A stretch of DNA of 64,000 bases from the human T2T-CHM13v2.0 reference genome, Homo sapiens, in NCBI RefSeq assembly GCF_009914755.1, contig NC_060947.1; one strand, written 5' to 3'. Positions 11,830 to 26,273 of this stretch are shown one piece after another; position 1 is the first letter of the stretch, and the number at the start of each line of letters is the position of its first letter. A model generated the notes under the pieces. The model saw nothing but the letters and a program-made list of their open reading frames with translations. It was not told the DNA's origin and made no database searches. The position numbers and the translations under genes are program-made.

Positions 11830-14800
11830 AAATGACATAACCTATCAACACCACTGGGATATAGCAAACACGGTGCTAAGAGGAAAGTTCATAGTCCTAA
11901 ATGCCTACGTCAGAAAGAAAGACTGAAAGAGTACAAACTGACATTCTAAGGTCACACCTCAAGGAACTAGAGAATCAAGAACAAACCAAACCCAAACCCA
12001 TCAGAAGAAAAGAAATAACCAAGAGCAGAGCAGAACTAAATACAATTGAAACAAACAAACAAATACAAAAGATAAATGAAGCAAAAAGCTAGTTGTTTGA
12101 AAAGATAAAGAAAATTGATAGATCATTAGCAAGATTAACCAAGAAAAGAAGAGAGAAAATCCAAATAACCTCAGTAAGAAACAAAGCGGGAGATATTACA
12201 ACTGACACCACAGAAATACAAAAGATCATTCAGGGCCACTGTCAACACCTTTATGCACATAAACTAAAAAACCTAGAAGAAATGGATAAATTTCTGGAAA
12301 AATACAACCCTCCTACCTTAACTCAGGAAGAATTAGATACCCTGAACAGACCAATAACAAGCAGCCAGACTGAAATGGTAATTTAAAAATGACCAACAAG
12401 AACAAAAAAAAGTCCAGGACCAGACAGATTCACAGCACAATTCTACCAGACATTCAAACAATAATTGGTACCAATCCTACTGACACTATTCCACAAGATA
12501 GAGAAATAGGGAACACTCCCTAATTCATTCCATGAAGCCAGCATCACCCTAATACCAAAACTAGAAAGGGACATAACCAAAAAAGAAAACTACAGACCCA
12601 TATCCCTGATGAACATAAATGCTAAAATCCTTAACAAAATACTAGCTAACCAAATTCAACAACATATGAAAAAGGTAATCCACCATGATCAAGTGGGTTT
12701 CATACCAGGGATGCAGGGATGGTTTAACACATGTAAGTCAATAAATGTGATACACCACACAAACAGAATTAAAAACAAAAATCACGTGATCATCTTAATA
12801 GATGCAGAAAAAGCATTCGACAAAATCCAGCATCCCTTTATGATTAAAACTCTCAGCAAAATCGGCATACAAAGGACATGCTTCTGTTGCGGGAAGTCAG
12901 GGACCCCAAATGGAGGGATTGGCTGAAGCCACAGTAGAAGAACATAAGTTGTGAAGATTTCATGGATGTTTATCACTTCCCTAATAATATTCTTATAATT
13001 TCTTATTCCTGTCTTACTTTAAATTCTTAATCCTGTTATCTTTGTAAGCTGAGGATGTACGTCACTTCAGGACCCTGCGATAATTGTGTTAACTGTACAA
13101 ATTGATCATAAAACATGTGTGTTTGAACAATATGAAATCAGTGTACCTTGAAAATGAATAGAATAACAGCGATTTTAGGGAACAAGGGAAGACAACCATA
13201 AGGTCTGACTGCCTGAGGGGTCAGGCAAAAAGAGTCACATTTTTCTTCTTGCAGAGAGCCTATAAACATATGTGCAAGTAGGAGAGATACTGCTAAATTC
13301 TTTTCTTAGCAAGGAATATAATATTAAGACCCTAGGAAAAGAATTGCATTCCTGGGGGGAGGTCTATAAATGGCCGCTCTGGGAGTGTCTGTCCTATGCG
13401 GTTGCGATAAGGACTGAGATATGCCCTGGTCTCCTGCAGTACCCTCAGGCTTACTAGGATTGGGAAACCCCAGCCCTGGTAAATTTGAGGTCAGACCGGT
13501 TCTCTGCTCTCGAACCCTGTTTTCTGTTAAGATGTTTATCAAGATAATACGTGCACCACTGAACATAGACCCTTATCAAGAGTTTCTGATTTCGCCCTGG
13601 TCCTGTTTCCTCAGAAGTATGTGATCTTTGCTCTGCCTTTTGCCCCTTGAAGCATGTGACCTACTCCCTGTTCGTACACCCCCTCCCCTTTTGAAATTCC
13701 TAATAAAAACTTGCTGGTTTTGCAGCTCAGGTGGACATCATGGACCTACCGATATGTGATGTCACCCCCGGCAGCCCCGCTGTAAAATTCCTCTCTTTGT
13801 GCTCTTTCTCTTTATTTCTCATACTGGCTCACACTTAGGGAAAATAGAAAGGACCTATGTTGAAATATTGGGGGCAGGTTCCCCCGATACACTTCAATGT
13901 AATAAAAGCTATCTATGACAAACCCACAGCCAACATAACGCTGAATGGGGAAAAATTAAAAGCATTCCCTCTGAGAACTCGAACAAGACAAGGACGCCCA
14001 CTCTCACCACTCCTCTTCAACATAGTACTGGAAGTCCTAGCCAGAGCAATCAAAGAAGAGAAAGAAATAAAAGGCATCCAAATCAGTAAAGAGGAAGTCA
14101 AACTGTCACTGTTTGCTGACGATATGATAGGTTACCTCAAAAACCCTAAGACTCCTCCAGAAAGCTCCTAGAACTGATAAAACAATTGAGCAAAGTTTCT
14201 GGATACAAGAATAATGTACACAAATCAGTAGCTCTTCTATGCACTAACAGGGACCAAGCAGAGAATCAAATCAAGAACTCAACCCCTTTTACAATAACTT
14301 CAAAAAAGATTAAAATACTTAAGAATATACTTAACCAAGGAGGTGAAAGACCTCTACAAGGAAAACTACAAAACACTGCTGAAAGAAATCATAGATGACA
14401 CAAACAAATGGAAACACATCCTATGCTCATGAATGGGTGGAATCAATATTGTGAAAATGACCATAAGCCAAAAACTATCTACAAATTCAATGCAATCCCC
14501 ATTAAAATACCATCATCATTCTTCACAGAATTAGAAAAAAAATTTTTAAGTTCATATGGAACCAAAAAAAGCCCACATAGCTAAAGCAAAACTAAGCAAA
14601 AAGAACAAATCTAGAGGCATCACACTACCTGATTTAAAACTATACTATAAGCCCATAGTCACCAAAACAGCCTGGTACTGGTATAAAAACAGGCAGAGAG
14701 ACCAATGGAACAGAATAGAGGACCCAGAAATAAGCCCAAATACTTACAGCCAACTGATCTTTGACAAAGCAATCAAAAACATAAAAAAGGGAAAGGACAC

Positions 14801-16065
14801 CCTTTTCAACAAATGGTGCTGGGATAATTGGCTAGCCACATGTAGGAGAATGAAACTGGATCCTCATCTTTCACCTTATACAAAAATCAACTCAAGATGG
14901 ATTGAGGACTTAAATCTAAGACCTGAAACTATAAAAATTATAGAAGATAACATTGGAAAAACCCTTCTAGACATTGGCTTAGGCAAGGATTTCATGACCA
15001 ATAACTCAAAAGCAAATGCAATAGAAGCAAAGATAAATAGCTGAGACTTAATTAAGCTAAAGAGCTTTTGCATGGCAAAAGGAACAGGCAGCAGAATAAA
15101 CAGACAACCCACAGAGTGGGACAGAATTTTCATAATCTATATATATGACAAAGGAATAATATTCTGAATCTACAATGAACTCAAACAAATCAGCAAAAAA
15201 AAATCTTATCAAAAAGTGGACTAAGGACACAATAGACAATCCTGTAAAGAAGATATACAAGTGGCCAACAAATATAGGAAAAAATGCTCAACATCACTAA
15301 TGGTCAGGTAAATGCAAATCAAAACCACAATGTGATACCACCTTACTTCTGCAAGAATGACCATAACCAAAAAATCAAAAAATGGTAGATGTTGGCATGG
15401 ATGCAGTGATCAGGGAACACTTCTACACTGCTGGTGGGAATGTAAACTAGTACAGCTACTATAGAAAGCAATGTGGAGATTCCTTAAATAACTAAAAGTT
15501 GAACTACCGCTTGATCCAGCAATCCCACTACTGAGTATCTACTCAAAGGAAAAGAAGTCATTGTACAGAAAGATACTTGCACACACATGTTTATAGCAGC
15601 AAAATTCACAATTGCAAAATTGTGGAACCAACCCAAATGCCTATTGATCAACGAGTGGATAAAGAAACCGTGGTGTATATATACAATGGAATACTACTCA
15701 GCCATGAAAAAGAATGAATTAACGGCATTTGTGGTGACCTGGATGAGGTTGGAGACTACTATGCTAAGTGAAGCAACTCGGGAATGGAAAACCAAACATT
15801 GTATGCTCTCCCTGATATGTGGGAGGTAAGCTATGAGATTGCAAAGGCATAAGAATGATACAGCAGACTTTGGGGACTTGGGGAGAAGGGTGGGAGGGGG
15901 GTGAGGGATAAAAGACTACAAATAGGGTGCAGTGTATACTGCTCATGTGATGGGTGCACCAAATCTCACAAATAACCAGCAAAGAACTTATTCATGTAAC
16001 CAAACCTATGGAAAAATAAAATAACCAACAACCTATAACCCAATAACCTGTGGAGAAGTAAAAAA
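11830..16065 (+). mobile_element. 5'-truncated L1PB1-like element (ORF2 + 3' UTR), interrupted by MER11
   Basis: ORF2 fragments in ORFs 12093..12386, 12609..12926, 13857..14171 (SLFADDMI), 14556..15044 and 15587..15829. L1PB-type 3' UTR gcaaaggcataagaatgatacagcagactttggggac. Confidence 0.93.
12885..13889 (+). mobile_element. MER11 solo LTR (HERV-K11/HML-8 family)
   Basis: Starts tgttgcgggaagtcagggacccc and ends gggggcaggttcccccgata. Contains TATAAA and AATAAA. Degenerate 6-bp TSD tgcttc/cacttc. L1 ORF2 is continuous across it. Confidence 0.95.
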
Positions 16066-16760
16066 TAAAAAAGCCAAAAACTAACGGATGCTGGTGAGGT
16101 TGTGGAGGAAAGGGAACACATATACATTGTTGGTGGGAGTGTAAATTTGTTCAACCATTATGCAAAGCAGTATGGTGATTCTTTAAAGAGCTAAAAATAG
16201 AACTACCATTTGACCAAGAAATCCCATTACCAGATATATACCCAGAGGAATATAAATCATTCTACCATAAAGACACATGCATGTGAATGTTCACTGCAGC
16301 ACTATTCACAATAGCAAAAACATGGAATCAGCCTCAATGCCCATCAGTGACAGATTGGATAAAGAAAATGTCATACATATACATTATGGAATACTATGCA
16401 GCCATTAAACAAAATGAGTTCATGTCTTTTGCAGTAACATGGATAGGGCTGGAGGCTATTATCCTTAGCAAACTAATGCAGGAAGAGAAAACCACATACC
16501 ACATGTTCTCACTTATAAGAGGGAGCTAAATCATGAGAAGTCATGAACGAAAAGAAGGGAACTACAGACACTGTGGTCTACATGACAGTGGGGGGTGGGA
16601 GGAGGGAAAGGAGAAGAAAAAATAGCTATTGGGTACAGGCCTAATACCTGGGTGATGAAATAACCTGTACAACAAACCCCTGTGACACGAGTTCACCTAT
16701 ATAACAAACCTATACATGTACCCCCAAACCTAAAATAAAAGTTAAAAAAAAAACAAAAGA
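16066..16760 (+). mobile_element. L1PA15/16-like 3' end
   Basis: ORF 16287..16529 is the ORF2 C-terminus. 3' UTR ctgggtgatgaaataacctgtacaacaaacccc...taaaataaaagttaaaaaa. Confidence 0.88.
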
Positions 16761-17874
16761 ATTGGGAAAAATAAGTTTCTAAAACTTCCCCCAAACTAAG
16801 ATTGTTATATCCGCTCTAATAAATCTGATAACCCTTGTAAAATTTCAGCATGTTAAATTGGAATAAAGATATGATAAAATATTGTGTTTTCTGCAAGCTC
16901 ATCTTTATTTCTAAAAAAGTCTTTCAAAGTTTCATTTTGTGCCTCATATTTTTCAATTAAGTTTTTTCATTGTTGTCAATTAGTTGATGTTGCCCTACAT
17001 GTTCTGTATTTTTGTTACATTACAGAGGATTAATAGCTGGAAATTATAACACTTACCATATTCCAGGCAAAATTCTAAGTATTCCACAGGCAATTTTGGT
17101 CCAGAACCCCTCATCTTAAATACCATGCTGTAAATGTCATTTCTTGTTTGGGGTTTGTGGTTTCTCCCATTTTTGTGATACATATTCTGCACATATTGTG
17201 AGACTTGTTCAAGAGTGAAAGCTGTTTAATTTGAGAGTGAACATAGAGTTCAAAGAGTATTTTTTTGTCTTTTTCTTATTAAGTATATAGGAGTTCCCAA
17301 GACCTGATAAATTGTTTTTTCACTTTGTGTAGAATGGCTCAGGCAGGAAAAATAACTGCAATTGTTGGCTAGTGAAATTTTCAGAAAGTAAAGAAGTCAG
17401 AGAAGTGATCATTTCTAGCTAATATGTTGGTTTTGTATTTTTAAAATAATGAACTGTGAAGATCTTCTCAGTTTTTATATTTCATTGCAATTTATGGAAG
17501 AAAAAAATGAACTATAAGTGGTATTTGCAAATTTTGTGAAACTTGAAAGTGTCGTTGTTATCGAGGTTATTCTTCCTCAAGCCATCTTCTATTCACTCCC
17601 AAGCAAGTCACGTCAAGCTCTGCTTTTTAACTTTTGTCACCATCATTTGGATTTTACAGTGTTCGTCAATTTTTTAAATCCTATATATCTTAAAGTCCCA
17701 GGCCTCTGCTTCAGGGAAGATGACTTCTATGGTTAAGGATCTTTTAATTTTTAATTAAGACTTTCTTTCTCTGATTGTTTGTTAACAATATTTGTTAATT
17801 GTTGTTTATTAAAAACATTTACCACGTTAAAAAATAAATGTTAAGCTACTCACTTTATTTCTTGATGATATGGA

Positions 17875-18332
17875 CTAGCAAGAAACAGAGAGAGAAAGCA
17901 GCCCCTGACATTATAAAGCTGACCTGGCACTACCAGGTAGTCCATGTTCTTCTATCAAACCAAAACAATCTCACAGAATACCGTTCTCAGAGAAGGTCAC
18001 TCTGAGATCATGATAAAATAAGAGAAAATGAGACCACTTTATATTTTTGTCTAACCACAGAAAAAAAACCCTGGTAACTGCGCTACCCACAAAATTTCCA
18101 GTCAGAATTGTGCCCACTTTCTAACATCTAAACTAAAGTAAAATCCCTGCTTCCTCATACCCTCCTCCAAAATATAGACACAAAGCCCAAATCCTATATG
18201 TCCTTTCTAATACTCTTTTACTGAGACTACTGTATTTCCTGTTAGTGTTCTTTTTCCCTGCAAGAAGTAGTAAACCCAACTTGTTTATCTAAGTGTCTGT
18301 TCCTGGTAGTCATTGGATGAAAATAATTGACA
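17875..18332 (+). mobile_element. Old ERV1 solo LTR (MER67-like)
   Basis: LTR-like 3' end agtaaacccaacttgttt...gtgtctgttcctggtagtcattgg...attgaca. The 5' boundary is uncertain. Confidence 0.5.
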
Positions 18333-18587
18333 ATGGATTGTAAAAATATAGAGCATGGATCTGCCAGCTTTAATATTTGCCTGTATGCAACCATTATGGC
18401 TAGTTTGGGTGGATTTGATTTAAAGCTAAATAGCTATTTTGATGCTTGTTTAAACTCAACAACCGTGAGCATTTTGGAATAGATTAACATTGGTTGATTT
18501 TTATTCATTATAACACTTTAATGATCAAATTACTGTTACTGGTGTACAAAGTCAATCAGGATTAATAACTCCGTGTATATGTATATA

Positions 18588-18702
18588 ACAGAGAATGAGA
18601 GGGAATAAGAGAGAGAGGAAGAAGTGGGAGGGGGAGAGAGGTGAAGAAGGAAGGAGGGAGGGAAGAAAAGAGAGAAAGGGAGAGTAGGGGGAGGAGGGAG
18701 AG
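18588..18702. repeat. GA-rich polypurine low-complexity tract
   Basis: About 110 bp of nearly pure G/A. Confidence 0.9.
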
Positions 18703-18799
18703 TACACCTCCCTCTGCTTTCCATGCTGCTTAGTGTCGTCCCAATAGAGGACCTTCAGGAAATGTCCATTTTACTGTTTATCCTCAAACATCACGGTGT

Positions 18800-19282
18800 T
18801 CAATTTTGCCTGCTCATAAAGCCCCGCAGCAGCCGCCTGCTGGTGGATGTCTCTTTGTTCAGAAGTCTGGGTCCAAACTGGTATGCAGGTCAAGGTCCTT
18901 TTCTGAGATTCTGAGGCTTAGCACAATCCAGGGATCTGTCCCTCCTCAGAGATAGAATTCCCTAGTTTGTGGTTTTCCTGCTTGAGTCCCTTTAGAAACC
19001 ACCACTAGTTGGGCAGTTTGCTTTCCTCAGAGGTCTGAGTTCTAGCTCTGAGGGTCCATCCTCCCCTATTATGGGTTCTCAGAACACCTAGATCTTTCCT
19101 TGCTTTGCCCCACTCTAGGGGTGGAAGTTCCATCTTGCCCTTTCGGTCTTTGTACAACTTTAGCCTTCCTTTATGTCTACTTAGACATCCCAAGTTTGTT
19201 TAAACAATTCCCTCTATTAAATCCTCAATCTTATTAACCTGTGTTGTTTCCGTTTCCCTGAGAGCACCTTGATTGATATACA
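18800..19282 (+). mobile_element. Old ERVL LTR 3' part (LTR33/LTR41-like)
   Basis: Ends ccctctattaaatcc...gtgttgtttccgtttccctgagagcaccttgattgatataca, resembling this family's terminus. Confidence 0.45.
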
Positions 19283-19519
19283 TGTGTTTCTGAAAGGACC
19301 TTGCCTAATATTATATGCTTATTTTTTCCCCTGCGGTGTTTTCAGTTTTCTTCTGAGCATGTGCATTTCAGGGTCACCTCTTGAATCTGCAGCTTGGTTT
19401 TTCTCATAATTTATTTTTGTAGAAATTTTGAGCCATTTTGTTTTCAAATATTACTTCTTCTACAATCCCTTTCAACTCTCCTTTGCAGTATGTCCTATAA
19501 ATCTATATTGTTATTCGCA

Positions 19520-19790
19520 TTTTCTTTTTTTGGCGTATTTATTTATTACTTCAATAGTTTTGGAGGAACAGGTGGTGTTTGGTTACATGGTAAGTTATTT
19601 AGTGGTGATTTCTGAGATTTTGGGGCACTCATCACACAAGCAGTGTACACTGTACCCAGTGTGTAGTCTTTTATCCCTCACCCCCTTCCCATCCTTTCCC
19701 TCAGTCCCTAGAGTCCATTATATCATTCTTATACCTTTGCATCCTCATAACTTAGCTTCCACTTACAAGTGAGAACATATAATGTTGGCT
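19520..19790 (-). mobile_element. L1PB 3' end
   Basis: gaacaggtggtgtttggttacatgg...agtggtgatttctgagattttgg...cagtgtacactgtaccc. Confidence 0.88.
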
Positions 19791-19812
19791 TCTTGGCCTT
19801 CATCAGTGAAAA

Positions 19813-20220
<408 letters not shown>

Positions 20221-20676
20221 TAAAACTCTCTATTTCACATTTCAATAAATATTATTTACTATTGATTATGCAACTATCTACATGTAATTCTATTACTTTT
20301 AAAAATGTTTTAATTTAACCTGTGTTCTTAGCTATATACAATTTTGGTGAATAGTTTCTTTGATCAATATAAAATTTCTTTCTGTACTTTTCAAGGATAT
20401 TGCCTTTCAATTTTTAAAATATTGTATTAATATTGGCCCATTGTTTGATTTTTAAAATATATTCTCAAAATATATTTTTATATTTTTTCAGGTTTTTTTC
20501 AGAAGGCATTATTTAAGTGCATAAATAAATAGAAATGCTTTCTTCTAGTTATATCTTACAATATGATTGTAATAATAGAGTTGACTTCCATCACCTGCCT
20601 ATTCTCTTCTTCCTCCACTTCTTTCAGATCAAATTCATTTTATCAGTTTGGTATATACTATTCAAGACCTTTTTCA

Positions 20677-20949
20677 GGCCAGACACGGTGGTTCACGCCT
20701 GTAATCCCAGCACTTTGAGAGGCCGAGGCGGGTGGATCACCTAAGGTCAGGAGTCTGAGACCAGCCTGTAACCAGGTGTGGTGGCACATGCCTGTAGTCT
20801 CAGCTATTCAGGAGGTAGAGACAGGAGAAACACTTGAACCCAGGAGGCGGAGGCTTCAGTGAGCCAAGATTGCACCACTGCACTCCAGCCCAGGCGAGAC
20901 AGAGTGAGACTCTGTCAAAAACAAAAAAACAAAACAAACAAAAAAAAAA
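20677..20949 (+). mobile_element. AluS with internal deletion of the left-arm end and A-rich linker
   Basis: ggccagacacggtggttcacgcctgtaatccc...gagaccagcctg jumps to taaccaggtgtggtggc. Approximate TSD aagacctttttc/aaaccctttttc. Confidence 0.92.
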
Positions 20950-21595
20950 CCCTTTTTCTATGGATATGTATATTTCTTTATGTTGTAAGAGAAGAATATA
21001 AAGTATTGTTTTCCATCCATATGGGATTTTTAAATTAACAGTATCATTTTATTTCCTTGTTGGCTGATCTGATTTTTGCATCTGATTTTTTTATGTTAAT
21101 ATATTTAGATCCATCTCATTCTTTGGTTGACAGCATAATCCACTTTGGCCTAGACCTTAGATTACTTATTCTATCCCCTCTAATGGCACTAGTTTGAGTT
21201 GTTTTCATTGTTTTGTTATAAAAGCAATGCAATGAATAATCTTGTGACAATGGTCAATGCTATTTTTGAGCACAGCAGAGAGATATTGACAGATGCTGAA
21301 AGAACCACACTCTCAGTTCACATACCTAGAAGTTTCTCATTATAAGGATGGTCCTCCAGGAGGAGGAAATACCATTGGTTTCTAAGCTTCAAGCTTCATG
21401 CCTGAGTCATTTACAGTTACAGGTGCATTATGAAATCTCCAGGCTTTCAGGTTATAGGGAAAGGAAGAAGTGAGAGAGAATAATTAAAAGAAAGTTGGTC
21501 TGTTGAACTACAGACTACTTGTGAGTTTTCTAGAGAGAACTGTTAGAGGGAATGCTAAACTGAGAGGTTTCTCTGTGGAATTAAAAAATACTCCC

Positions 21596-22140
21596 TGTAA
21601 ATGAAACCAAGAAGAAGAGGCTATCTCTGAGCAGTGGGATCACTACCTGACACACACAGAAGCCAATACTATGGCACCGGGTTTTGAAGAAAAAAAGAGG
21701 CTTCACTGAGAAGTCAACCAGCAAGGAGACAGGAGGCACAGCTCATATCTGTCTCCCCAGTTTGGGGTCTGGGGCAAATTTTAAGGGGTTGGAGGACAAG
21801 GAAATGTACTAGAAATGTTGGCTTGGCAGGCTCCAATTGGAGGGCTTCAAATTTGACCATTTATGGTAAGGTATGATGGGTAGATTTCAGTACTGAATTT
21901 TCCTCACTAATGGACCCTTCACTTCTGAAAGGGTTCTGGCATTCAGGTTCTAGTCATATCCCAGTCTTGGTTCTGGGGGCAGAAAATGTTGATTCTGGGA
22001 GTTGTTAGAGGCCAAAGCTTTTTCCATTGTGCATACCCAGAATACATGACTTGCTGTTTTGGCTTTGTTATAGCTACAAGGTAACTCGACATTCTGTTAT
22101 CAACAGAGTAGGGTCAGTTTGGGCTAATCCTGCAGTTATG
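21596..22140 (-). mobile_element. ERV1 (MER4-group) solo LTR, subfamily uncertain
   Basis: gccaatactatggcaccgggttttgaag...caaggagacaggaggcacagctcatatctgtctcccc resembles MER4-group LTR U5/R on the reverse strand. Both ends are tgtaa-like. Confidence 0.55.
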
Positions 22141-22265
22141 AGACTATGGAACAGAAAAGTTATAGTGAAAGTAAAAGTGGCTGGCAGAGCTGGGACTCAA
22201 GCCCACATATGTTTTTCTGGATATCTCTCTGATTAAAAAGCACAGTTGTGAATGACCCCCACATG

Positions 22266-22415
22266 AGGGTTGCCAGATAAAACATGTAACAATTAAATTT
22301 GAATTTCAGATACATAACTTTTTTAGCTCAAGCATGTCCTATGTAATATTTGTGTATTTGAAATTCAAATTTCACTGGAAATCCTGTAAATTTATTTACT
22401 AAATCTCATAATACT
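22266..22415. mobile_element. MER53-like palindromic hAT MITE
   Basis: agggttgccagataaaa...aaatttgaatttcaga / tgaaattcaaattt...ctaaatct internal inverted repeat. Confidence 0.8.
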
Positions 22416-22949
22416 ATCAATATTTGTCTTCTGTAAAGACTGGAATGTGTGGCTAGGTTTCTCTCTCCATTTTCTCCTCATTAAAGGTATGTTGAAAACA
22501 TTCACTCATTTTATATACAGGTATCTTTCTGGACTTGCCTGAACATATGCTATGGATCCCAGTGGGTTTGAGATGGGTTCCTCTTGCTTTTGAGTGCCTC
22601 AACCAACCACAGAGGAGTGCCTTTTATGCTTGTTGATAGGAAGTAGAGTTGTGTGTTACTGTAGCTCAGTCTCTGTAGACTGAATAACCATGTACTACAG
22701 AAACTGTGCGTGTACCTACCTATTCTAATAAGTTTGTGTGGTCATTATCAAATGTATCTAAATGTTATTATTTTTAAAATTAATCTTAAAATAGTGTCAT
22801 GTAAAACACCTACCTATGAATATATTATCCATGTTAGCCTATAGATTTCACCATGTCTGAGGAACAGCATAATCCCTAAAGTGGCAGCCTCTTATTTGTC
22901 TTCTGTCCTATGTTTCCTTGTACCAAAGCACTATGGAATAGTTTATCTA

Positions 22950-23310
22950 TTCTTTTATTTTAAAGTATTTAATTAGCAAGTAAAGATTGTATATCTTTAA
23001 GCTGTACAAGAGGATGATTTGATATATGTATGCTTCATATAATTATTATCACAATCAAATTAATCAACACATCCATCACCATTCATGCTGTACATTAGAT
23101 TCCCAGAAACTGTTCATCTTATAATTTAAAGTGTTATACCCTTTGACCAACATCTCGCTATATCTCTCACCACCCCCCAGCCCCTGGTAACTACCATTCT
23201 ATTCTCTGCTTCTGTGAGTTTAACTATTATAGATCCACATGTAAGTGACATCATACAGTATTTTTATTTGTGTCTGGTTTATTTTACTTGGTGTAATGAC
23301 TTTCAAGTTG
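22950..23310 (-). mobile_element. L1MA8-like 3' end
   Basis: cacaatcaaattaatcaacacatccatcacc...gctgtacattagattcccagaa...agatccacatgtaagtgacatcatacagta. Confidence 0.82.
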
Positions 23311-26273
23311 TTTTCCATGGTTCTTGGTATGATGACTTATTTTTGATCCAATTCTGGACATTTTGACTTATATTAGGAGATTCTTGATTCTATATAAATA
23401 TTAAACTTCAACAAGCAGTCACCATATTTAGGTCTAGCTTATGTATACTGGCCAACTTTTGTAACCTTTAGTTCAAATGGAAATTTGGTATCCAGAGCCT
23501 GGGTCAGTGCTTTTCTGATTGACTTAGTTCTGGCTCTGCTAGTCTCCCACTTGATCTCTGCAAGTGCCACCTATGCACCTAATGTCATTGGGTTGGAATT
23601 AATGAAACACTGGGCCTTGATCGCTAATGTTGTTGTGGACTAATTCACGACTGCTCCATGCATGGACTGTGGGATACATCCCTGGCTGGGCCCTGCTGAT
23701 GCTACTACTGTGATACACGGAACCACCACAGCTTTAGTTGTTGGGCAGTATGGATCTCCCTGCTAGGTCTTTGCTGGGTTGCCTTTTTTCAATGCCTTTG
23801 ACCAGAAAAAGTAGGCTTTTTTGTTCATGTTGTTTTTCTTCCATGCCTGCTGGAGCTTCCTGGTTATAGGACTCTCTTGTGCCCAGGCAAGAATATATGA
23901 GAGATAAAAAGAAGTCAAGGGACTCAGTGGTGTCTTTCCTCATGTCTTGAGTTCCTTGGCCTGTCAACTTCTTCCTTACACCTTCAGAGCCCTTTTATGA
24001 TTCTGTGTTGAGTTATTTTCATGGCATTTAGAGGGAAAGTGCAAGTAAAGTCACTCTATACCACTTTGTCCTGGAACTGAAAGTCAGTGTATCTTTTCTG
24101 GAATTATTTTCTTCATAATACCATCTTCATAAATATTTGTTGTCCAAAAATGTTTCCAGTGTCCTTACCTCAACTCCTCAGTGGCTGGTTTCCCTAGTAC
24201 TATATCTGGAGGGTTGATATTCACTAAATTTTCTCCTTCCCATGTTGACCCAAAATTGCCAAAGGTCCTTGGACATGGCCTCATTATATTCCTGGGGACT
24301 GCTATAGTCAGGTATCGGGTATCTCTATTATCAACGAAGACTTTGGTAGAGGAAAAATCTCATTCTTACATATTACTTAGATTTTACTTCCTCATTAGAG
24401 TCATCTCAATGTCCAGATTCTAACATTTTTTATACTACCTTATTCACTCATTTAATTTTACTACTGTGAGTCATATGTGAACCACTGAGCTGTGATGCAA
24501 AGCTCTGACTCTGAGGATGAATTTAAGGTGCAATAGACAGAACATGTTAATCTTGTGAACCACATCATCTGGAACTATTGAGTGTTTGGGCCACGTTTGA
24601 AACTGTATGGATTTATAGATAGTTTCAGCATAAGCATCTGTTATTTCAGGTTCTAAAGTGGTCCTGGACAGAGACTGAGACCAGATTTGGTGTGTCTGAC
24701 AGAAAACTCATAATAATTAACTCTTTGTTCTTTCATTTTAACCATTGTTTCAAAATCCTCTTATTTCACTCCAAAGGTAATTTTGGGGGAATGGATAGCA
24801 TAATGTCTTCTAATATTGCATTAATTTATTCATTCATTGCATTGATTGAGAGGATGAATTACATTTCCCAGTTTCTCTGGAAAACTAATGTAAAACTGAA
24901 TGTTATGGTGATATTCTGGTTTCTATGACTACTGGTATATGCTCTCTAATGGCCAGACATAGAAACAGTTTGCAAGGATATTTACAGGCAAAACAAATGG
25001 CATATATGCATATATAACAAGCCTATTGGGTGTTTAGCATCACTATGCCTATGTTTTTTAGTGTGTTTCTGTTTGTGTGTGGTTGAGGCCATGAGTTATT
25101 TTCTTGGAGAAGCTGGGTATGATCCCCCTGTAACTTGAGAGAAACTGCCAGCTACTCAAGAGGAGAGCTGTAAGTAACTGAGTCACCAGTTACTCATTTA
25201 ATTCCTTTGTTCCTATGTCCTAAAATAGCCTAACACTTGTGCAGGAAGAGCCTAGTTAGCCTTTGTTAATAGCAATTTGATTTCATTGGTGGACATAGAA
25301 TAAAATTCAGAAGATCTAAAGAGGACTAAATTAATTTTATGATTTTATAAATTATTATAATATTTTCTTTTAACATTATATATTAAAAATTGCCCTGACA
25401 AAATGGGTATTACTTATTAGGGTGGAAAATGGAATTTTAGTGAAGACGTAAATTCTCCCTAAATTGTTATATATATGAAATATCAAAATAATTATCAAAA
25501 GTTCCTTTTAATTACACAAGTCAATTCTAAAATTTATCTAGTGTCACTAAGGTGCCAGAATAGCCAAAATATTTTTATTACGTAGAGGAAGCAAAATTTT
25601 ACCTCTACCTTTTCTGGATAAAGAGTCAACTTTTGTAAAATATTTGAAGAGATTTATTCTGAGCCAAATATAAGTGACTATGGCCTGAGACACAATTTCT
25701 GTAAGTCCTGAGAACATGTACCCAAGGTGGTCAGGCTACAGCTTGGTTTTATACCTTTTAGGGAGATATAGCATATCAATCAATACGTGTAAGGTGTACA
25801 TTGGTTGGGTCCAGAAAGACAGAACAACTTGAAAGGGGGAGGCCTCCAGATCATAGGTACATTAAAAGATTTTCTGATTGGCGATTGGATGAAAGAGTTA
25901 AGTTCTTATCCAAAGACCTGGCTAGGTTAAGATAATGGGTCGTGGAGACCAAGTTTTTTTATCATGCATATGTCTCCAGGTAGCAGGCTTCAGAGAAAAT
26001 AGATTATAAACGTTTCTTATCAGACTTAAAAAGGTGCCAGACTCATTGGTAATTCTCCTCTGGATCAAGGAGAAGACCTGGAAAGGGAAGGGGATTCTCT
26101 ACAGAATGTAGATTTTCCCTGCAAAAGATAGCTTTACAGGGCCATTTCAAGCATATGTCAAAGATATATATTTTGGGGTAAAATACTTTAATTTCTTCCA
26201 GGGATTTCTATCTGTCATGTTGGTATCTTATTGTAACAAAGAGTCTGTTTGTCAGTCTTAAGATCTCTGTTTT

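Noticed and set aside
11901-15829. Series of L1 ORF2 ORFs as a functional reverse transcriptase
   Set aside because: The element is 5'-truncated, broken by stops and frameshifts, and interrupted by MER11.
23310-24070. Possible old L1M 5' region; also faint L2 tails near 51880 and 61960
   Set aside because: Too degenerate to assign boundaries or family by eye.
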